DNA of 64,000 nt from a virus. The stretch lies in the IMG/VR virus record IMGVR_UViG_3300025666_000003, positions 36,108 to 100,107 of that record. One strand, given 5' to 3'. Below are positions 28,326 to 35,800 of this stretch, piece by piece; positions within the stretch are counted from its first letter, which is position 1, and each line of letters begins with the position of its first letter. Under the pieces are notes generated by a model. That model did no database searches. It worked only from the letters and a program-made list of their open reading frames with translations, and was not told the DNA's origin. Made by a program: the position numbers and the translations under genes.

Positions 28326-31300
28326 TTATATTTTTTCAAAAACGTAACCTTGTTTTTCTAATGCTTTTACTTCTTCATATGTAAGTTCAACTTCATCATT
28401 TATTTTACCATTAAATTGTGTTGTACCGCCTTGTTCTAAAAACTTAGGGTTACTGATAGATGCAATTGAAGGTACTGAATCTAATTCTTTATCTTGTTTT
28501 ATTTTTCTTTTTATTTCTGCACGTTGCCGTGATCTTTTATCTACTGGAAGACCAAGAGATGCACCTAAAGTAAATGTAGGACGGAATCCTAAATTTTCAG
28601 AATTATTTGATTCTGTATCTGTTTTTTTACCTAATACTGGATTAAACATTACTCCTGCATTTAGTTTAAGAATTGAATTATTTTTAAGTTTTCTTTTATA
28701 ATCTGCTTTAATACCATAATTTAATCCAAGTTGTGCTTCTTTTCTATCTTCACCAAATACTTGTGTTGCTGATGCATGTGGTTTTGTTTGTGCATTCATT
28801 CCACCATAAGGAGTTATGTTTAATTCATTTTGCCTATTTTTAATTGCGTGAATTTTATGACCTGCGCTTAAATCATAATACCCTCCTCTTACTGGATCTA
28901 AACCTATATTTTGTTTCATGAAGTTTTTAGCTGGCCAACTTCCTCTTTGTTCAGTTCCAAACTCATAACCTGCTTTAGCACCAAAACCAAAGTTACCACC
29001 ATAGACATCTCCTGATAAAGTGTGAATATTAGATCTATCTTTTGTCCCTCTAAATTCATGCTCTAATCCAAGATTACCCATTAAACCATAGTCATCTGAA
29101 TTATACTGCGGACCTAAAGAAAGAGTTGTGCCATTCTGAGCTTGTGGTAATTCCTCTACTACGTAGCCTCCATCTTTGTATGCTTTAATCTCGTGTTCAT
29201 CTAAGTCAAGTTCAATATAATTATTATTTTGCCCACCACTTTGCAAAAATCCTATTTTTCTAGATTCTAAGTCTTCAGGTTTAACAGCTTTCTCTCGTTG
29301 CACCCATCCTATTACAGGTTCTTTCACCCATTCTAAAGTACTAGCTGGTGGCTTAACTGTTCCTGGTGTAGATTTTTTCTTTATAGGTGCAGGCTTACTA
29401 ACAGGTATATCTTCAATAGAAACCTCTGGACTTGCTATAGGTTCAACATTTCCTATAGGTCTTTCTGTACTTATAGCAACAGCATCTGCACGTTCTTGAT
29501 CAGTCATGTTCCGTCCATTCTTCTTATAGTATTCAGCATCAGCTATAAAGGCATCTAGTGTTGGATATTTTTCTTTATCTACATTCTTGTACGCAGCTTT
29601 ATATGACTTCTTAGGTTGTATTATATTAATCAAGGTACCAAATGTATTAGGATCAGGAAGTAATTCTTCTTCTTCTTCTTCTTTATATATGTAAGGTTGA
29701 ACTGGTTTTGAATATGTTACATTGTAACCTGAATATTGTGGTCCTGAACCTGTTAACCATTGACTCCAAGTTTGGTGTGGTGTATATGCACCTGTTGGAC
29801 CTATAGTAGGATGACTAAATTCAGCATGGATAGCTTTATTCTTTAGATCTTTTGTAGGTTTTTTATTTTCATCCCAGTTATCCGAAACTCTTATATTAGG
29901 ATTATCTGGATGCGGATAGGATGCTGCTGAAACACTATTATAAAGCTGTGGTGGTTGATTCATTGGTTTGGTTGCTTGATATAAATCTCCCAAGCTCTCA
30001 GAACTATTTACAGAATCGAAACCTATTAAATCACCTACTCTATTTTTGAAATCATTACTAAAGTTATAAAGATCTAAACTATCCTTATAACCCTGTAATC
30101 TTGGATCATCAGGATCTGTTAACTCTATAGGCTTTCTACCTCCTCTTTGAGCTTTAGGTATAAATCTATTTAATGTGCCTCCTTTTTGCAAATAACTACC
30201 TGTACTTAGATTATACTCTTTTAAATCTTTAGGTTTAACAGGTCTCTGTATTTGATACCAAGTTCCTGTTTGTGGATGTTTTACCCACTGTAGAGTAGAA
30301 GCTGGTGGTTTAACTGTTCCTGGTGTATCAGCAGGGGTATCTTTAATAGGAACTTTTGGTATTCTGTATGCACCCATTCTTATATCAAAGTAATCAGGGT
30401 CAGCACCTTGCCTCTCCATTAATTTCTTCATTTCTGGCCCGTCAGTGATACTTATTCCGACAGGTGCATGATATGTGTAGTCATCATCTTCATACATTAC
30501 ACCTGGATTTTCAACAGGTTTTATATAATAATCTTTGTCAAGTACCTCTATACTTTTTATTTGATTTTCATCTGTACCATTATTCCCTATATAATCAGTA
30601 ACGTTAGTTATCTTAGCTAAATCTTCAGCAGGCATATTTCTACCATTCTTCTTATAGTATTCAGCATCAGCTATAAATGCATCAATAGTTGGATATTTTT
30701 CTTTGTCTACATTTTTGTATGCATCTTCATATGACTTCTTAGGTTGTATTATAGTACCAAGTGCCCGTCCAGATGAAGAACTAGAAGATGAAGTTTTGTT
30801 TCTAGTTAATTCTTTTTCTTCTTCAGTCTTCATATCCCAAGGCTTTATTGAAGTTGGATTATAATAAGGTAACTTTGTCAAAGCTCCAGGAGTTTTGGCG
30901 CGAACTTTGTTTTGTTGCAGTTGTCTATAAAGAAGAACTTTCATATCTTTCTCAGTAAAGCCTTTAGATTTAGCATACGTAATAAGGTCTTTTTTACCAG
31001 TATTGGTGTCATCATATTCCAAAAAAAGATGAAGATTATCAGGATCTCTGTGAAGCTTTTCATAAAGCTCACGTTCTGTTTTGTTTAACTTATTATAACC
31101 AAACATATTTTTTGGAGTGTACATTATCTCACCTTCAGGTTTTATTCTGTGATCATATCTTAGTAAAGGTGCATTAGTATCTATTGCACCTGTAATCATA
31201 TCACTTGTGTAAGATATGTTTGGATCATTGTTACGCTCAATTATTTTTGTATTATCATATGATAAATCAGAATGACCCATAGTTTCTGCCTCAATTTCTT

Positions 31301-32888
31301 TCATTCTTGAATTAGTTTCACCCCAATGAGGAAAAATATCTACATCGTAAAAATTTTTATTTTTATCATAAAACCCCTGAACTTCCATTGCATTATTGTA
31401 AAGATCTAAACTATCTTGTCTAGTAACTTCTATTGGTGGTACTCTTCTTGATGGAAAAATGCCAGTTTGTGCTTTTGGTAAGAATATATTTTCGCCACCT
31501 TCTTGTAAAGTATTAGTAAACATTTTAAGCTGAGCTAATGTAGGTTTGAAAGGTTTTTTAGTTATACTACTTGTTCCAATATTATACGATGGACCTTGTG
31601 CACGTCTTTCTCTTTCGTACCATGTTCCAGTTGAAGGTGATTTATGCCAAGTAGTAGCAGATCCAGGTAATTCAAGAAGAGCATTATTTGTCTTATCATG
31701 AATAAGCTGTTTATCAATTTCTTTAGTTGGTATTTGTTCTAAAGGTTTGGTAGGAAGTGTAGGAGTTTGCGCTTCTTCCCATGCTGCTTTATCCATTACT
31801 GGTTTCTTGTAAACAGGTGACGTATGACTACCATCCCAATATGTTCCTGTAGGTTTTATTGTCTCGTGATATAGATCAGGAGATGTTGCAATACTATTTC
31901 TTACATTACCATTGAATGGTAAAGTATCATAGTAGTTTAATATTTTTTCAGCACTAGGATCATCTGTACCATAAGCATTTATTAAAGCTTTCCTGTTAGA
32001 GAATCCACCTGCATTATAATTATTCCAATCCCAAGAATGATTACTTGCCATAAATCTATTACGTCTATCTTTTAAACCTTGTTCAAGAGTAAGTCCTTTA
32101 TTGTTATAATATCTTTCCATGGATTCTTTCTGAGCAGGATCATTACCCAAAACTTCCATTGTAGACAATTGGTTAGCCTTTTGAAATTGATAAGCATTGT
32201 ATAAATTTAAACTATCACTATAGGCTGCTTGATTAAATATATCACCACCTGTTTGCTTATTTTGTAAATGTTCTGGTAATTGATCTTTCCAAGAACCCAT
32301 TCCAAAAGCTAATGCAGCTTCCTTATCCTTTCCAAAATCATATACCTCACCTCTTTTCTCAGCCTCTTCATATATTGGCCACCAACCATCTTTTTCATCA
32401 GACATGTCAACCCAATTTCTAGAGTCGTCTGCGTATGGTTTAGAGTCTTGAAATAATGAAGGGAATGCTACCCAACCTCTTCCGTCTACGTACTCTGCTT
32501 TCATTAAGTGAGAGGATACATCAGAAGGTCTAGAAAACTGACCTGAAGGTGTCCAAACAGAATGCCCGTCATAGTTTTCTCTTGTCCCTCTTCTTTGTTT
32601 TACAGTATGACCACCAGATTGCATTTGTGGAAATTCATCAACATAGTCTGCACCGGGAAAATTATAATCTTGTCCTGGTTGCATCATCATACCTGGGCCA
32701 ACATTAGGTTGTGCCCATACAGGGTAAGGTACATTATCCATAGTAATATCACTACCTGGAATTCTTGTATTTTCTCCAGGATGAGCCCATTGTCCTCTTG
32801 GATCTTTTATTATATCCTTTGGTTTTGATGGAGCTTTTGCTTTACCTAATTCTGATATAGCTTTTGAAAGAAGTTTTTTATTATACAT
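28326..32888 (-). CDS. Putative multi-module cargo polyprotein (1520 aa): three paralogous modules plus a beta-barrel-like module
   Basis: Ten linker motifs, internal protein and DNA repeats, and an amphipathic beta-strand module near the C-terminus. Confidence 0.6.
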   Translation of the reverse strand: MYNKKLLSKAISELGKAKAPSKPKDIIKDPRGQWAHPGENTRIPGSDITMDNVPYPVWAQPNVGPGMMMQPGQDYNFPGADYVDEFPQMQSGGHTVKQRRGTRENYDGHSVWTPSGQFSRPSDVSSHLMKAEYVDGRGWVAFPSLFQDSKPYADDSRNWVDMSDEKDGWWPIYEEAEKRGEVYDFGKDKEAALAFGMGSWKDQLPEHLQNKQTGGDIFNQAAYSDSLNLYNAYQFQKANQLSTMEVLGNDPAQKESMERYYNNKGLTLEQGLKDRRNRFMASNHSWDWNNYNAGGFSNRKALINAYGTDDPSAEKILNYYDTLPFNGNVRNSIATSPDLYHETIKPTGTYWDGSHTSPVYKKPVMDKAAWEEAQTPTLPTKPLEQIPTKEIDKQLIHDKTNNALLELPGSATTWHKSPSTGTWYERERRAQGPSYNIGTSSITKKPFKPTLAQLKMFTNTLQEGGENIFLPKAQTGIFPSRRVPPIEVTRQDSLDLYNNAMEVQGFYDKNKNFYDVDIFPHWGETNSRMKEIEAETMGHSDLSYDNTKIIERNNDPNISYTSDMITGAIDTNAPLLRYDHRIKPEGEIMYTPKNMFGYNKLNKTERELYEKLHRDPDNLHLFLEYDDTNTGKKDLITYAKSKGFTEKDMKVLLYRQLQQNKVRAKTPGALTKLPYYNPTSIKPWDMKTEEEKELTRNKTSSSSSSSGRALGTIIQPKKSYEDAYKNVDKEKYPTIDAFIADAEYYKKNGRNMPAEDLAKITNVTDYIGNNGTDENQIKSIEVLDKDYYIKPVENPGVMYEDDDYTYHAPVGISITDGPEMKKLMERQGADPDYFDIRMGAYRIPKVPIKDTPADTPGTVKPPASTLQWVKHPQTGTWYQIQRPVKPKDLKEYNLSTGSYLQKGGTLNRFIPKAQRGGRKPIELTDPDDPRLQGYKDSLDLYNFSNDFKNRVGDLIGFDSVNSSESLGDLYQATKPMNQPPQLYNSVSAASYPHPDNPNIRVSDNWDENKKPTKDLKNKAIHAEFSHPTIGPTGAYTPHQTWSQWLTGSGPQYSGYNVTYSKPVQPYIYKEEEEEELLPDPNTFGTLINIIQPKKSYKAAYKNVDKEKYPTLDAFIADAEYYKKNGRNMTDQERADAVAISTERPIGNVEPIASPEVSIEDIPVSKPAPIKKKSTPGTVKPPASTLEWVKEPVIGWVQREKAVKPEDLESRKIGFLQSGGQNNNYIELDLDEHEIKAYKDGGYVVEELPQAQNGTTLSLGPQYNSDDYGLMGNLGLEHEFRGTKDRSNIHTLSGDVYGGNFGFGAKAGYEFGTEQRGSWPAKNFMKQNIGLDPVRGGYYDLSAGHKIHAIKNRQNELNITPYGGMNAQTKPHASATQVFGEDRKEAQLGLNYGIKADYKRKLKNNSILKLNAGVMFNPVLGKKTDTESNNSENLGFRPTFTLGASLGLPVDKRSRQRAEIKRKIKQDKELDSVPSIASISNPKFLEQGGTTQFNGKINDEVELTYEEVKALEKQGYVFEKI
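29515..30753. repeat. Imperfect ~110-bp direct repeat (about 29515-29625 and 30643-30753), plus a second ~45-bp repeat (about 29325-29369 and 30282-30327)
   Basis: Both long copies read ccattcttcttatagtattcagcatcagctataaa...atatgacttcttaggttgtattata and encode IIQPKKSYxxAYKNVDKEKYPTxDAFIADAEYYKKNGRNM. The short pair encodes TPGTVKPPASTL(Q/E)WVK. Confidence 0.95.
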
Positions 32889-35800
32889 TACCTTGGGGAT
32901 ATTTGATTCTTAGTATTAACTATTTTCACTACCATGTTTACACCATTTGATATATCTTTTCTTAAATATAGCATATTATTGTAATGTCTGAACTTTTTTC
33001 TTTGCAAAGGTTCTTTTGTATAATTAAGATTAAATTCATTTAAAGCTTTAATATAACCATTTGATTCTGTAATCCAAATGTGTCTTTGTTGTTTTCCACC
33101 TAGTTGAGTTGTTGTTCCAGGAATTACTGGATTAGTAGTTGGACTACTTGAGCCTACAGGAAACTCTCCTCTATCTCTTGTTATATCCCAAAACTGATTA
33201 AATCTATATTTATGTTCTTCCTTTGAAAATAGTATATCTATTGAACTACCATTTATGATAGGGTATGTGAGATTTAAAGGAACATTGTTTTTAGGATATA
33301 TAAATAAATCTAAATATCCGGATACTTGCTCAGTGTTATGTATTACAGCTGTATCAAAATTATAATCTAATACATGAAATTGATCTACACAATTATATTC
33401 ATTTCTTCTATAGCACTCAAGTAAATATTCTACACTTTTCATTGTAGTTATTGTCTGTCCAGTCACTATAGGAATTTCAACTTCAAATGGATAGTTAGTA
33501 CCATAAAAGTTACAGTATTCATTACATAAATTATTATGTTTCCAAACACCGTTATCTTTAACAGTTAAAAAATTACCTTTAGATGCTAGCATTATATTTG
33601 GATGCCAGTCATGATGAGAAACCCAGAATTTAGATTTTGGATCATATGACATTGTCCAAGAAGCATCTTCAAATATATTTGCATCTTTAAGATTAGTTCT
33701 TATTACATCATCTACTATAAATTGTTTAAGTTCTTCATTCCAAACTACTCTTCCTTTAAACGGATCTTTTAATTTGTAATCTTTTTTAGCAAAGTAAAGT
33801 ACACTGTTTTCATTATCATATATTGAATGACATCCAATACCAGCTACTGGATTATCAGTATGTGGATAATTTGGAAAATCTTCTAAAAGTTGAAATGGTA
33901 AGAATTTATTAAACCACCATTTTAATCCTGAACTTGATATTTCTTGTAAACCAGATGCATATGAAAATATTTTACCTTGATTTTGACTTATGTAAAACAT
34001 ACCAGCTGGCGTAGATATTACACTTCTTCCATTTTGAGATGATCCATATTCATATTCTTCATCTGCAGCTACTACATTTTGTGCAGCTTGATTAAACAAC
34101 CCACCATCACCTAAGGTAACTTTAGTACCTAAGTCTGTTTGTAAAGTATCAACACCTTGGTAAACCATAGGGCTTGCATTTTTAAACGTAATAAATATAC
34201 CCGTTTTAGCAAAGTTTTTTACACTACTTATTTGATTTTTAAATTCTTTATAATTATTAGGTAAATACATAAACCATGAATCTTTTACTGATTCTAATTC
34301 TTGTGGTAATGAATAAAGAATTCTATCTGGATAATATGTATAACAAAGTTCTGCAACTTGAGGATCATAAAACCTAGTTTGAAGATTACCTTGTGAAAAA
34401 TATTGAGTAAACAATTTTGATATACTTAAAGAGTAATCATATTCGTTATAGTTACCTCTAGTAATAACATCTGGATTCATATTAAATAATCTATACAAAT
34501 CAGTATATCCATATGGGTCATAATGTTTTTCAAAAATTTCAACACCTTGTTCTCTAAAATCTACAATAACATCACTCTCAACATAAAAGTCTCTTACAGC
34601 TGATGTAGACAAATAGAAGTATGCATTTTTAATTCCAAATATTCCGTTATTAAGATTAGCTATTGTTCCTAAAATACTATTATCATTACTGTAATTATAA
34701 TTTTCCCAATCTAGATTATAATAATTATGTGGAAACAGTCCTTCACCTTCAGGAGGTGTATTAAATGGATTAATAAAATCTATAAGATTTGCCCACATTG
34801 CATTGGCTTCATATCTTATACTATTCATCCAGAATCGTGGATCAGGAATCATCTTTCTATTTAGATAATTATATTCAGTTCCATCTGGTTGATCATATAA
34901 CCAATCATGAAACATAAACATAGAATTCTTTTCTGTATATCTATTAATGTAAGTATCTCCTTCAAATAATATAGGCGTTGTTTGAATAATTTTTTGTTCA
35001 AATTGAGGAAGGCTGCATGCTGGAGCTAATGTAGTAATGGGAATATCAGCATACTCAAACTTTTGTTCACACGGTGTAATTGGAATTTGCTTTATTGCTT
35101 GTAATTGCCCATACTGATTTCCTATACGTACTTTAATACCTCCGTAATGACTTTTGATATTTTTATTAAAAGTTTTTGTTTTACCTTTTTTAAAGTCAAC
35201 ATGTGATACATCAGAAGTACCTATAGTAACTAATGAATCATCAGCTCCAGGCCCTGTAAGAAAATTTGGACCACCTGTTACTCTGCTAACTCCTTCAGAA
35301 GTTCTAATAACTACTGTTTCAGATCTTCTAAGATTATTAATTCTATAAGTAACTGGAAAGCCAAAAGTTGCAGGTGTATAACTAGACATTTCTTGAAGAT
35401 CTTGACCTAAATAAAATTCATCTTCTATATTAAATCTACGTATCTTTGTTAGATCAACTTTATTAAACGTATCATAGTACCCATGTGCAATTAATTGAAG
35501 AGCACGTTGTCTATAAGGTACAAGAGAATATATTAATCTAATTACTAAATCTGCTCCTTCTGAAAAGTAATATAGCATTTGTGCTAAATCATTGCCAAAT
35601 ACATTTGCTAAACTACTATTTTTAAGATATTGATGTTTACTTAACTCTGTGTCATAACTAGGTGCTGTGTATGTACCACCTGCACGTAAACCACCATCTA
35701 AATTAAATTTATCATAATGATCTTGTAAAGAGCCATCTGTACCTACTCCTGGAATGAATGAAAAGATACTTGATAAACCTTCATTTACAGCTTCACCATT

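Noticed and set aside
29515-30753. Repeat pair as a diversity-generating retroelement TR/VR or a CRISPR array
   Set aside because: Both copies are in-frame coding, differences are not confined to adenines, there is no reverse transcriptase in the window, and there is no repeat-spacer periodicity.
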